Shown: positions 45,515 through 54,868, counted from the stretch's first letter. The stretch: DNA of 64,000 nucleotides from Candidatus Micrarchaeota archaeon (GCA_021817505.1 JAKAUU010000016.1:2844-66843); one strand, 5' to 3'. The notes: generated from the sequence alone by a model not told the origin. Made by a program: numbers and translations.

Positions 45515-46512
45515 AAAGGGATTCTCGATTTATGATCCTGCTCTATGCGGGGATGGTCCTTGTGCCATTGTTGCTCTTTGCATATCTCGTTGCAGCCATT
45601 GCTTACCATTCTGCAGAGACGCTCATGCTCGGGATCGCGGCCCTCTGGATGATCATATTCGGGATAGTCGGTTCTATAGAGATATACGCGCATGGAAGGA
45701 ATCCTGAAGAAAGGCTGCCGATGCTTAAAGGAAATGATATCAAAAAAGGGCTTGAGTCCGAGAGGGGCAGGCGCCCCAAAGGAGCAGAAGAGGTAACTGT
45801 GAGGATAAAGCGCTTCAATCCCCAGACCAAGAGATTCGATAATGAATCTTACTCTGTTTACGAAGACAGGCTGGCCACCGTTCTCGATACGCTTCTTAAG
45901 ATAAAGAGCCAGCATGACAATACGCTCTCCATGAGATACAGCTGCAGGATGGGCATATGCGGCTCCTGCGGGATGGTCGCGAACGGCAAGCCGATACTCG
46001 CATGCGAGACCAATCTTCTTTCGCAGCTCGATGAGGATAAGAGCATAACCGTAGAGCCTATGCACGGCCATCCTGTGCTGAAGGACCTTGTGACCGATTT
46101 CGACGACTTCTTTGCAAAGCATGAGAGCGTTGAACCGCATCTCTACAGGAAGGACAAGGTTGAGCAGTACTCGACGGACAAGGAGTACAGGCAGACCAAG
46201 AGAGAGGTGAATCAATTCCTGCCTTACTCGTACTGCATAATGTGCGGCTTGTGCATGGATGCCTGCCCTGTTGTTAACTCCAATACCGAATTCGTCGGGC
46301 CGCAGGCACTCTCGCAGGTCTACAGGTACTATAAGGATTCCAGGGACCAGAACGGGAAGCGCAGGCTGCTTGACTCGGACAATCTGCATGGCGCGTGGGG
46401 ATGCGAGTTCTCAGGCTCATGCTCCAAGGCATGTCCTAAGGGAGTCGATCCCGCATCTGCAATACAGCTGCTGAAAGCATCGATAATCGCTGATTTTGGT
46501 GAGAAGGAATGA
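45511..46512 (+). CDS. sdhB: Succinate dehydrogenase iron-sulfur subunit with an N-terminal two-TM extension
   Basis: All three cluster motifs are present: CRMGICGSCGMVANGKPILAC, CIMCGLCMDACP and CEFSGSCSKACP. They are preceded by about 88 aa containing two hydrophobic helices (FMILLYAGMVLVPLLLFAYLVAAIAY; LMLGIAALWMIIFGIVGSIEIY). The start is placed at ATG 45511. Confidence 0.85.
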   Translation: MKRDSRFMILLYAGMVLVPLLLFAYLVAAIAYHSAETLMLGIAALWMIIFGIVGSIEIYAHGRNPEERLPMLKGNDIKKGLESERGRRPKGAEEVTVRIKRFNPQTKRFDNESYSVYEDRLATVLDTLLKIKSQHDNTLSMRYSCRMGICGSCGMVANGKPILACETNLLSQLDEDKSITVEPMHGHPVLKDLVTDFDDFFAKHESVEPHLYRKDKVEQYSTDKEYRQTKREVNQFLPYSYCIMCGLCMDACPVVNSNTEFVGPQALSQVYRYYKDSRDQNGKRRLLDSDNLHGAWGCEFSGSCSKACPKGVDPASAIQLLKASIIADFGEKE

Positions 46513-47891
46513 GATATAGAAAGGAAAGGGACGTCCTTGGGATTGTCAACATACCTGCAGACGCGTATTACGGTTCGGAGACGATGCGTGCATACAACAA
46601 CTTCCAGATATCCGGGATAAAGGTCTCCGGGGAGCTTGTACATGCATACATAATAGTCAAGAAGGCAGCCGCATCTGCGAACATGAAGATAGGCAAGCTC
46701 GATAGCAGGAAGGGCAACGCGATAATCAGGGCATGCGACATGCTTCTTTCAGGAAAGCACTCTGAAAATTTTGTTCTTGACGTCTTTCAGGCAGGAGCTG
46801 GCACCAGCATAAACATGAATGTTAATGAAGTGATAGCGAATGTGGCCATAGAACTCCTTGGCGGCAAAAAAGGCAATTATAGAATGGTACACCCTAATGA
46901 CGATGTCAACATGTCGCAGTCTACAAACGACACGATGCCAACGGCAATGCGCATAGCCACTTATTTCATGATAAAGAGGCATCTTCTCCCCCAGATGGAC
47001 GCTTTGGCAGCTTCGATAGACAGGAAGAGCAGAGAGTTCAAGGGGATAATAAAACTGGGAAGGACGCATCTGCAAGATGCGGTGCCGATAATGCTTAATG
47101 AGGAGTTTTCCTCCTACTTATACGCGGTGAAGAGTTCGATTGACTTCGTAGAAGAAGCGAATGCTAAGATGCTGAAGCTCCCTATCGGGGGGACAGCAGT
47201 AGGCACTGGCATCAATGCAGGCAGTGAGTACAAAAATGCAGTGATAAAGGAGATAAGAAAGCTTACAGGGGAGAGATTCTCGCTCTTCCCGAGCCCTTAT
47301 GGGCCTATGTCGAACAAGCTTGACGAATTGGAGGTAAGCGCGTCGCTGAGGGAGTGCGCAACCTCTCTAAACAAATTCGCAAACGACCTGCGACTGCTGA
47401 ACTCGGGCCCAAGAGGAGGGATAAACGAGATAAGGCTGCCCGCGGTGCAGCCAGGATCCTCAATAATGCCCGGGAAGATAAACCCGAGCATGGCGGAGAT
47501 GATGAACATGGTATGCTTCCAGGTCATCGGCAATGACCTTGTGATAAGCGAGGCTGCGAATGCTGGGCAGCTCGAGCTTAATGTCTATATGCCTGTGATG
47601 ATCTTCAATCTTTTGTTCTCGATAAATATACTTGCAAACGGTATGAAGGCATTCCGTGAGAGATGCGTGAACGGAATAACTGCAAATGACAGGAGGATAA
47701 AGGAGAATCTGCAGAACGATCTGTCAATAGCAACAGCGCTTACCCCCTACATAGGCTATGCAAAGGCTGCTCAGATAGCGAGAAAGGCATTCCTGGAAGG
47801 GAAGAGCGTCATGCAGATATGCATCGAGATGAAGGTTCTTGACAGGAAGAAGCTTGAGAAGGTACTGAATCCTAAGAACGCAGTCAGGTGA
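46509..47891 (+). CDS. Class II fumarate hydratase / aspartate ammonia-lyase family enzyme
   Basis: Fumarate-lyase signature GSSIMPGKINP, and the N-terminal pattern DVLGIVNIPADAYYGSETMRAYNNF. Its start overlaps the sdhB stop (ATGA). FumC and AspA cannot be distinguished by eye. Confidence 0.85.
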   Translation: MRYRKERDVLGIVNIPADAYYGSETMRAYNNFQISGIKVSGELVHAYIIVKKAAASANMKIGKLDSRKGNAIIRACDMLLSGKHSENFVLDVFQAGAGTSINMNVNEVIANVAIELLGGKKGNYRMVHPNDDVNMSQSTNDTMPTAMRIATYFMIKRHLLPQMDALAASIDRKSREFKGIIKLGRTHLQDAVPIMLNEEFSSYLYAVKSSIDFVEEANAKMLKLPIGGTAVGTGINAGSEYKNAVIKEIRKLTGERFSLFPSPYGPMSNKLDELEVSASLRECATSLNKFANDLRLLNSGPRGGINEIRLPAVQPGSSIMPGKINPSMAEMMNMVCFQVIGNDLVISEAANAGQLELNVYMPVMIFNLLFSINILANGMKAFRERCVNGITANDRRIKENLQNDLSIATALTPYIGYAKAAQIARKAFLEGKSVMQICIEMKVLDRKKLEKVLNPKNAVR

Positions 47892-47908
47892 TGCGCTTCG
47901 TTGCATGA

Positions 47909-48517
47909 TTATGCTGTCTTCCTCTGCAGTTCTGTGAATTCCTTCTTGTCGCTTAAGGCCTGGCCGATCATGGATGAAAGTGCATCAGGCTCCTTCTTCA
48001 TGCCGACAACCGCAGATATCACCGTGGATCGCGGTATGCTTGCATATATTATGAAATTTGCCCCTACGCTCTCTATCGCATGTTCCATCGGGGCATAAAT
48101 AAGCAGGGGATTTTTCCCTTTGTAGATGTTTATCGTATTATGCGGATTGCTCCTGCCTTCCTTCAGCTCCCCTTTTTCATTTAGGTTATAGCTGTCAGGG
48201 ATCTGCGAGCTTGCATGAGAGTCAAATATCCCATAGCCTTTAACGTCTCCGCTTCCCTCTATAGGGAATATTTTACCCTGAAGTGCCCGTCGCAGGCCCG
48301 GATCGTTATGGAGCATGCTTATCGCCTCCTTGGGAGTCATAAGCCTGAGATTATCCTCTTCAAGCATATCCAGTGCATTACTGCGTTTTGTGTATGTTAA
48401 GTTAACGTAAACGCCTTTTCCGGCAACGTCTCTGAAATCGTTGTTGAACCACTCCGTCTCCTTCGGAGGCTGCCTGCTGTTTCCACTATTCCATGCCTTG
48501 AATATAGCAATTGCCAT
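47909..48517 (-). CDS. Hypothetical protein
   Basis: 202-aa ORF with ordinary composition in an unoccupied slot. No motif recognised. Confidence 0.4.
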   Translation of the reverse strand: MAIAIFKAWNSGNSRQPPKETEWFNNDFRDVAGKGVYVNLTYTKRSNALDMLEEDNLRLMTPKEAISMLHNDPGLRRALQGKIFPIEGSGDVKGYGIFDSHASSQIPDSYNLNEKGELKEGRSNPHNTINIYKGKNPLLIYAPMEHAIESVGANFIIYASIPRSTVISAVVGMKKEPDALSSMIGQALSDKKEFTELQRKTA

Positions 48518-48621
48518 TTTGTCGCCTGGAAGAGTATTGCCATCGCTTAGGTATTAAAATGCTTTGCACAGGCTTTCAATTGTGGAATACAAGAATCAGC
48601 TGCAAGGCCCTCCTCTCCAGC

Positions 48622-49965
48622 TTAATTGTTAGGCAGTATATTGTCGACGATAAAATCGGGATCATAAGGCATTATGTCGTTGTATTTCTCCCCAATCCCG
48701 AAGAACAGTATCGGTATGTCAAGCTCGCTCAGTATGGATATGGTGTTTCCTCCCTTTGCATCGCAGTCCAGCTTTGTAAGTATGATTCCGTCTATAGATA
48801 CAGCTTCATTGAGCGCCTTCACCTGGCCAAGGATGGAGTTTCCCGCTATCGCCTCGCCTATGAATATCTTCATGTCAGGCTTTGTTACTCTCGATATCTT
48901 CTTCAGTTCCTCTATCAGGCTCTTGTTGGTCTCCTGCCTTCCTGCACTGTCCATAAGTACCACGTCCACATTATGCGCCTTTGCATGCGCGATTGCATCG
49001 AACGCTATGCTCGCGGGGTCTGAACCGTATGCGCCCTTGACTACCCTTATACCGAGTTTGTCTGCATGGAACGTAGTCTGTTCTATCGCAGCGGCGCGGA
49101 AGGTGTCGCTTGCAGACATGACGCAGGTAAGGCCGTTGGTTATGAACATGTTTGCGATCTTAGCCATGGTGGTGGTCTTTCCTGCACCGTTCGGCCCTAT
49201 GAATAGTATCTTGAAAGGGAGGTCATGCGCTTCCGCCTTCTCCCTTGCCTTTTGGATTAGGTCCGTACCGCTCCTCTTTGCAAGAACCCTGCGTATCGAT
49301 TCCCGGATCATCTGCCTTATCTCGCTGTCTATCCCTTTTGCATTTATGCCCCGTGAGAGCAGGTCACTTTTTATCGAATCTGCAAGCTTCTCCGCGACGT
49401 CATAGTTCACATCAGATTCAAGAAGGCCGATTTTGAGGGATTCGATGAACGGGTCTATGTCTGACTCTTTAAGGCGTACGTTGCTGAATATTATGCTCTT
49501 CAGCTTTGTCCCGGCGCCTACTGTCGGCTTTCTTTCATTGTGAGCCTTAGCCATATCGGGTTTTGCCACCGCGGTTTTTGGCGCATGGCCCTCATTATCA
49601 GGATTATTGATTGTTTTGTGGACATCTGTCTTATGGCTCGTAGGTTTGGCTCCTGCATCCGCCTTATGCACAGCCTCTTTTTCAACTGCATGCGGTTTGA
49701 AATTTGCTTCCTTATGCTCGGGTTCCTTTTCCCTAATTGCAGTGTCGGCATTGATTGCCGTATCCTTATTGCCGGGGGCATTTTCCTTATGGACAGCATT
49801 ATGCCCAATGCCCTGTTGCCCAACGTCATGTCCTTCATGAATCGAAGCGGCGCTTTCCCTTAGCGTCTTCCCCTCGTCCTGCTCCTCCTTCTTAATCTCG
49901 GCCTTCTCCTTGCTCACTACCGAATCCATGAAATTGGATAAGCGTTTCTTCAGGCCTTCAAACAT
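48622..49965 (-). CDS. ftsY: Signal recognition particle receptor FtsY with a His/Lys-rich N-terminal region
   Basis: NG domain motifs GPNGAGKTTT, DTFRAAA, DSAGRQ and TKLD. The roughly 150-aa N-terminus is low complexity. Confidence 0.9.
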   Translation of the reverse strand: MFEGLKKRLSNFMDSVVSKEKAEIKKEEQDEGKTLRESAASIHEGHDVGQQGIGHNAVHKENAPGNKDTAINADTAIREKEPEHKEANFKPHAVEKEAVHKADAGAKPTSHKTDVHKTINNPDNEGHAPKTAVAKPDMAKAHNERKPTVGAGTKLKSIIFSNVRLKESDIDPFIESLKIGLLESDVNYDVAEKLADSIKSDLLSRGINAKGIDSEIRQMIRESIRRVLAKRSGTDLIQKAREKAEAHDLPFKILFIGPNGAGKTTTMAKIANMFITNGLTCVMSASDTFRAAAIEQTTFHADKLGIRVVKGAYGSDPASIAFDAIAHAKAHNVDVVLMDSAGRQETNKSLIEELKKISRVTKPDMKIFIGEAIAGNSILGQVKALNEAVSIDGIILTKLDCDAKGGNTISILSELDIPILFFGIGEKYNDIMPYDPDFIVDNILPNN

Positions 49966-49987
49966 CTACACCACTGCATGCACAGGC

Positions 49988-50440
49988 TCATACCAGCCCC
50001 TGCGACTGTATGGCGCCGATCCTGTAGTTTATGTCTGCAAGCTCGTCCCGTATCTTCTGCCTCTGTGCAACAAGCTTCTTTATTAGCTCCTCCCCTTTTG
50101 TCACCTTGTCCTGGAAAAATTGCTTTGCGTCTTCAAGATTCTGTTCTACAAGATATCCTGCGCCTATGTATGTTATTACGCTCTTCAGCGGCTTTGACTC
50201 TGCGCTTATATACATGCCTCCTTCCGTGCCTACGAATATCTGCTTGTTGTCGAGATGCTTTCCGTTATCTATTATCTCTATGTTACCGTTAAGCACTGCC
50301 TGCATGGCGGTGTAGCTGTCTATGCTCTGGTTAAGGACCTCGTACTGCTGCGAGTAGACCTGCTGCAGGTACTGCAGCTGCATGTATAGATCGTTTGCGT
50401 CAGGTGTCTTCTCTTTCTTCTCTGATTCCATGAATACCAC
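49988..50440 (-). CDS. pfdA: Prefoldin alpha subunit
   Basis: N- and C-terminal coiled coils flanking two beta-hairpins (IFVGTEGGMYISA...ITYIGAGYLVEQ). It occupies the conserved archaeal neighbourhood L31e-aIF6-pfdA-ftsY. Confidence 0.75.
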   Translation of the reverse strand: MVFMESEKKEKTPDANDLYMQLQYLQQVYSQQYEVLNQSIDSYTAMQAVLNGNIEIIDNGKHLDNKQIFVGTEGGMYISAESKPLKSVITYIGAGYLVEQNLEDAKQFFQDKVTKGEELIKKLVAQRQKIRDELADINYRIGAIQSQGLV

Positions 50441-50471
50441 TATTTACAATTTGACTAAATGCAATATAATA

Positions 50472-51140
50472 TTACTGGTCGGTTAGCCCCTCTTCCATCC
50501 TTGCAAGCTCGAAGCCAGTAGTATCCTCGCCAACTATCAGGCCCTTGGTGTTTGCAACTGACGCGAGACCTATGAATACGGATCCCGTATTGGCTGTCGA
50601 CTGCGACACGTTGCCCACGAGATCCTTGGCCATGTCGAGCTCCTTGTCAGAGGCGAAGTTGTTGAGCACCATGCCGTTGTTGGTGAGTATGTTGTTTGCG
50701 CCTACCGTCTCGTATCCGCCTATTGACATCCGTATTATCTCCACGTCAAGCACGTCCGCTATCATATCGGATGCGGATTTGTCGAAGTTCGGATTTATTA
50801 TGGCGATCTTGTCGTTCGCAAGTATGTTGTTCCCCAGGGCGTTCATGTCTCCAGGCAGTGCCCCTATCCGTATCCTTTCCTTAAGGGAATTCAGCTCGCG
50901 CATCTCCTCCGCATATGCCATTTCTGGAAGGAGTACGCCGTTAGAATTCAGGACGGCGTATATGCCTATCAGGTTGGATCCGTTTATCGATAGCCTGTGG
51001 GTCTCAGTGGCAAGGTTCTCCCTTATTATCGATTCGTCCTTCGGAGAGACGCCGTTGCTTATGAGGGTAAGCTTTTCGGAGGAAGCCGAGAATGCGCCGA
51101 CGTAGCTGTTGCCGTTAATGTTCCTCTTCAATAGGTTCAT
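50472..51140 (-). CDS. eif6: Translation initiation factor 6 (aIF6)
   Basis: 222 aa with the pentein five-fold repeat pattern (GNSYVGAF..., GSNLIGIY..., GNNILAND..., GANNILTN..., TGSVFIGL...). Confidence 0.9.
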   Translation of the reverse strand: MNLLKRNINGNSYVGAFSASSEKLTLISNGVSPKDESIIRENLATETHRLSINGSNLIGIYAVLNSNGVLLPEMAYAEEMRELNSLKERIRIGALPGDMNALGNNILANDKIAIINPNFDKSASDMIADVLDVEIIRMSIGGYETVGANNILTNNGMVLNNFASDKELDMAKDLVGNVSQSTANTGSVFIGLASVANTKGLIVGEDTTGFELARMEEGLTDQ

Positions 51141-51601
51141 TCTGTTTTACCTTCTTTGCTCTCTGCAGGGCCGCCTTTCGGCTCTGCCTTCGGCTTTGCC
51201 GGCTGCTCTGCCTTTTTCGAATCTGCAGCAGGCTTTGCTTTTTCTACCATAGGTGCGGCCTTCTTAGGCTCCTCTTTCTTCTGCGCCTCCTTAGCAGGCT
51301 GCTTCCCCTGGGTCTTCTGCGCCGCTGCCTGCTGTGCAGGCTTGGCAGGCTTTGCCCCATGCAGGCTGACCTTTACGTCGTTTCCTGATCTGCTCACATT
51401 AAGCTTTATCTTCGACCTGTTCTTTAATGCCTTCGACATTAAATAGTTGTTTACGTCCTGGTCTATGCTGACGAAGCTCATGTCCACCTTTGCACTTCTT
51501 GCCACGAGGAACCTTATCGTTGATGAGGCATTCCTTATGGCCCTTGGCTTGTGTGTCTCTCCTAGCTTCTTGCTTAGACTTATTGTCATTACGCTTTCCA
51601 T
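51137..51601 (-). CDS. rpl31e: 50S ribosomal protein L31e with a roughly 70-aa Lys/Ala/Pro-rich C-terminal extension
   Basis: The core (TISLSKKL...KPRAIRNASSTIRFLVARSAK...IDQDVNNYLMSKALKNRSKIKLNVS) fits L31e and sits upstream of aIF6. The tail reads AKPAKPAQQAAAQKTQGKQPAKEAQKKEEPKKAAPMVEKAKPAADSKKAEQPAKPKAEPK. Confidence 0.7.
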   Translation of the reverse strand: MESVMTISLSKKLGETHKPRAIRNASSTIRFLVARSAKVDMSFVSIDQDVNNYLMSKALKNRSKIKLNVSRSGNDVKVSLHGAKPAKPAQQAAAQKTQGKQPAKEAQKKEEPKKAAPMVEKAKPAADSKKAEQPAKPKAEPKGGPAESKEGKTE

Positions 51602-51659
51602 AAAATAACCTTTGATATTTTAGTATAAGATTACATTAATACTGCACAGAATAGGTTTA

Positions 51660-52469
51660 TTACTTTTGCTTTTTGGTCATAACCGCATGATCAAGCGCTG
51701 AAGCGCATGAACACTCCCTATTTTCCGGAGTCTCCTTTATTATGTTCGATACCAGCTCCTTCACTGTAGATATGCTCCTTGAGAATATCTCCTCCACATC
51801 CTTCCCGCTTACGTTCTTGACATCCTCCCTGCCCTCTATGCCTGCATCGTAATCGGTTATGACGCCTATGCCAAGGTAGCAGATCCGGCGCTCCCTGGCG
51901 AGGATCGCTTCGGGATACTGGGTCATGTTTATCACGTCAAAACCCTGCGCCTTGTAGTGCCTGGATTCGGCTTTTGTCGAGAACCTCGGCCCGTTTACAA
52001 CGACGACTGTGCCTGATTTATGGTACCTTATGCCCATCCTGTCTGCCGTAGATGCGGCAATGCTTCGCATCTGGCTGCAGTAAGGCTCTGCGGAGCTTAC
52101 GTGCACCACGTAATCCTCATCGAAGAAGGTGTCGTGCCTGCCATGGGTCATGTTGACGAACTGGTCGAAGAGCACAAGCTCTCCCGGCGCATAGTCCTCC
52201 CTCAGTGATCCGACGGCGTTTGTGGCTATTATGCGCTGCACCCCGAGGGAGTTCATCGCCTCTATGTTAGCCCTGTAGTTCACCTTATGAGGAGGTATGG
52301 TATGCTCCTTCGAATGCCTTGCGAGGAAGGCAACCCTCTTGCCAGAAAGGTCGCCTATCGCTATGCTTTCGCTGGGTTTGCCGTATAGGTTCGCATCGCT
52401 GAAGAGCGAAGGCTTCTCCACCATGGAGTAGAAACCTGAACCGCCTATGACTCCCATATCAGCTTCCAT
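51660..52469 (-). CDS. mtnP: S-methyl-5'-thioadenosine phosphorylase
   Basis: PNP/MTAP family pattern: GVIGGSG, FLARH...H..PP..VNYRANI, ATNAVGSL and NMT..PEA.LARE. Confidence 0.85.
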   Translation of the reverse strand: MEADMGVIGGSGFYSMVEKPSLFSDANLYGKPSESIAIGDLSGKRVAFLARHSKEHTIPPHKVNYRANIEAMNSLGVQRIIATNAVGSLREDYAPGELVLFDQFVNMTHGRHDTFFDEDYVVHVSSAEPYCSQMRSIAASTADRMGIRYHKSGTVVVVNGPRFSTKAESRHYKAQGFDVINMTQYPEAILARERRICYLGIGVITDYDAGIEGREDVKNVSGKDVEEIFSRSISTVKELVSNIIKETPENRECSCASALDHAVMTKKQK

Positions 52470-52503
52470 AAGGTCAACCTATGCTCATGTCAGTTCCTGA
52501 TTC

Positions 52504-53733
52504 TTATTTCTTTTCCTTCTTCCTTGACTTTGCAGACCTTCTCCTGAAGACCATGGCTATTATGACGATAATCACTATTATTATCGCTGCATCGGTCTCA
52601 TAGGATGCTGTCGGATTGGCCTGGCCGATATCTATGTAGTAGTTGTCCGATCCTGTGAACTGCTGGTTTACAGAACCGCTTGGCTGCTTCCACTGCTCAT
52701 AGAGCGTGACTGGGTAGTTCCCAGGAACTCCCTGCGAATCTATGCTTACCAGGAAGGTAACGTTCGTGGACGCTCCTGGCTGCAGGTTGTTTACATATGC
52801 CGTGCTGGCAACAGGCGTTACCGGATATGGAGTCTGCAGATTGAGCTGAAGCTGCTCCGCAGGGCTCGTGCCCGTATTCGTTATCCTGAAGTTCACAGGC
52901 ACATCGGTTGCGCCTATTCCCGGGCTTGGTCCTTCCGAGTCTATCGAGAACTGTGCGGAAGGTGCTACCGAGAGATTTATGCGCTGTATGCTGCTGAAGC
53001 GCTTGTTCAGCAATGCAGAATAATATGTTGCATTGACGATCAGGTATGGGGTGCCCGTGCCGTTTGCAGAGAGCAGTATTGGTTCGCTCTGGGACGAGCC
53101 CGCAGTGAGATTGGATATGAAGAACGACCTTACTGAGCTCAGTACGCTCAGCCCTGGCGAACTGTTGACGGTAAGGGTGACATTCCTCGCGGTCCCATAA
53201 CCGTTATTCTCTACAAGAAGGCCTATGGTCTGGTTGTATCCGCTATACAGGGTAGACGGTTCTGGATTCGAGGCCATTACCTTTATCGAAGGATTCGCCT
53301 GCACGTAGAAGCTTACAGGCATCGATGACGTGGATATCTGCGTGCTCGTTGTCGAGTATATCAGATAGGTTGCAGTGAGAAGCAGGGTGTATGATCCTGC
53401 AGGCGTGGTGCTAGGTATATGCACTGTATAGCTGTAGTAAGCTGGGTTTGCACCCGGGTTCAGCGTGCCTATTATCTCGCTCTTCAACGGCGAGACATTG
53501 AGCAGAGGGTACTCTCCGGTTGGCTGCAGCGTCGTTCCGTATACCCAGTAGTTGTATGAATTGTACAGCTGGAACCTTACAGTTACATTCTGTCCTGCGA
53601 CTATCGTGTTCGGAGAGACAGTTACATTTACCAGTGAGACCGCTCCTGTATACTGTCCTACTGCCTGTGCGCCGGCCAGGCCGCCCATTATCAGCACGGT
53701 GGCGACTGCCAGAAAGATTGTTTGGGATTTCAT
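52504..53733 (-). CDS. Secreted beta-sandwich-repeat surface protein with C-terminal TM anchor
   Basis: Signal peptide MKSQTIFLAVATVLIMGGLAGAQA, repeated modules of about 100 aa (NVTV.F.L.N.G...A.NV.L), and the C-terminus IIIVIIVIIAMVF + RRRSAKSRKKEKK. It is the last gene of the PadR-ABC operon. Confidence 0.6.
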   Translation of the reverse strand: MKSQTIFLAVATVLIMGGLAGAQAVGQYTGAVSLVNVTVSPNTIVAGQNVTVRFQLYNSYNYWVYGTTLQPTGEYPLLNVSPLKSEIIGTLNPGANPAYYSYTVHIPSTTPAGSYTLLLTATYLIYSTTSTQISTSSMPVSFYVQANPSIKVMASNPEPSTLYSGYNQTIGLLVENNGYGTARNVTLTVNSSPGLSVLSSVRSFFISNLTAGSSQSEPILLSANGTGTPYLIVNATYYSALLNKRFSSIQRINLSVAPSAQFSIDSEGPSPGIGATDVPVNFRITNTGTSPAEQLQLNLQTPYPVTPVASTAYVNNLQPGASTNVTFLVSIDSQGVPGNYPVTLYEQWKQPSGSVNQQFTGSDNYYIDIGQANPTASYETDAAIIIVIIVIIAMVFRRRSAKSRKKEKK

Positions 53734-53760
53734 GTTTTCACCTTGATTAATATTATTCCA

Positions 53761-54867
53761 TCATATCTGCTTGCTCGTGTCCCTGAATGAGAGGTAAGCT
53801 ATGCCCGCCATTATCATCGCAAATACGAGCAGTATGATCGATGTCGATATGAGAGTCGTTATTGGGAGGAAGCCCTTGATCATTATGTCCCTTACCGCAT
53901 TTACCGCATAGGTAAGAGGGTCTACCGCAACGACAGGAAGCAGGAAGTTAGGCAGGAGGTTCGCAGGGACGAATGCGCCTCCGAGGAATGATAGCGGAAG
54001 CACCAGCGTCTGCCCTATCAGCGCATATGTCTGCTGATCCCTTGCCCTTGTAGCAAGAGCTATCGCAAGGGAGCCGAAGCCGAGCCCTACCAATAGTATT
54101 ATCCATATGAGCTCAAGCAGGCCTACAAAGCCTGCAGCTATCGTTGCGCCGTAGAGCAGGCCTATGAAGAGTCCGACATATGCGGAGAATACTGACTGGA
54201 AGGTGCCGTAGGCTATCTTGCTTATCAATACGGAGAAGTTGTTTATCGGAGTGGTGAGGAAGGCCTTTAGGTTTCCCAGCTGCCTGTCGCTTATCATGGT
54301 GAACCCTGCGCTGAAGACCGCACCGAACGATGCCACCATCACTATTATTCCGCCGATGACGAAGCTTAGGTAATTGCTGCTTGCCCCATAAGCATAATTC
54401 GTTATTACAGATACCGGAGGGTCCTGAACCGCACTGCCGCCGAACTGCGCAGCTGCAAGGTTCGCCTGCGCCGCGACAACTGCCGCAGACTGCGGCTGCG
54501 AATTGTCAAGATAGACATATACGTGTGAATCTGAGCCGTAGCCGGATGAGAAGCCGCTGGGTATAACTACGACTCCAGCTACGGAACCTTCGGAGAGGAG
54601 GGCCATCGCCTGCTGCTGCGTGGTCTCCGTCAATACGGTAATGCCGTTGCCCGACTGTATCGAGTTTATGAATCTGAGTGCGGCAGGCCCGCTAGCGTAA
54701 TTGACTATCGCGATCGGGACGTTCTTAGGGGCGCTGCCGAAGCTCCCCAGAAGCAGCACGAATAATAGTGGGAAGATCGTTGATCTTACCGCATTCATGG
54801 CTATGTTCTTCTTGAATATCAGCATCTCCCTGACGAATAATGTATAAGAGTCTTCCAGGATTCCCAT
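53761..54867 (-). CDS. ABC-2 type transporter permease
   Basis: An N-terminal TM segment, a large external loop, then five C-terminal TM segments. It lies 1 nt downstream of the ATPase gene. Confidence 0.8.
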   Translation of the reverse strand: MGILEDSYTLFVREMLIFKKNIAMNAVRSTIFPLLFVLLLGSFGSAPKNVPIAIVNYASGPAALRFINSIQSGNGITVLTETTQQQAMALLSEGSVAGVVVIPSGFSSGYGSDSHVYVYLDNSQPQSAAVVAAQANLAAAQFGGSAVQDPPVSVITNYAYGASSNYLSFVIGGIIVMVASFGAVFSAGFTMISDRQLGNLKAFLTTPINNFSVLISKIAYGTFQSVFSAYVGLFIGLLYGATIAAGFVGLLELIWIILLVGLGFGSLAIALATRARDQQTYALIGQTLVLPLSFLGGAFVPANLLPNFLLPVVAVDPLTYAVNAVRDIMIKGFLPITTLISTSIILLVFAMIMAGIAYLSFRDTSKQI

Positions 54868-54868
54868 T

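Noticed and set aside
45325-46389. 354-aa ORF on the minus strand
   Set aside because: It is entirely antisense to sdhB and the small anchor gene, both of which have strong motif support. Its translation is Arg/Leu/His-rich with no recognisable motif, so it is a shadow ORF.
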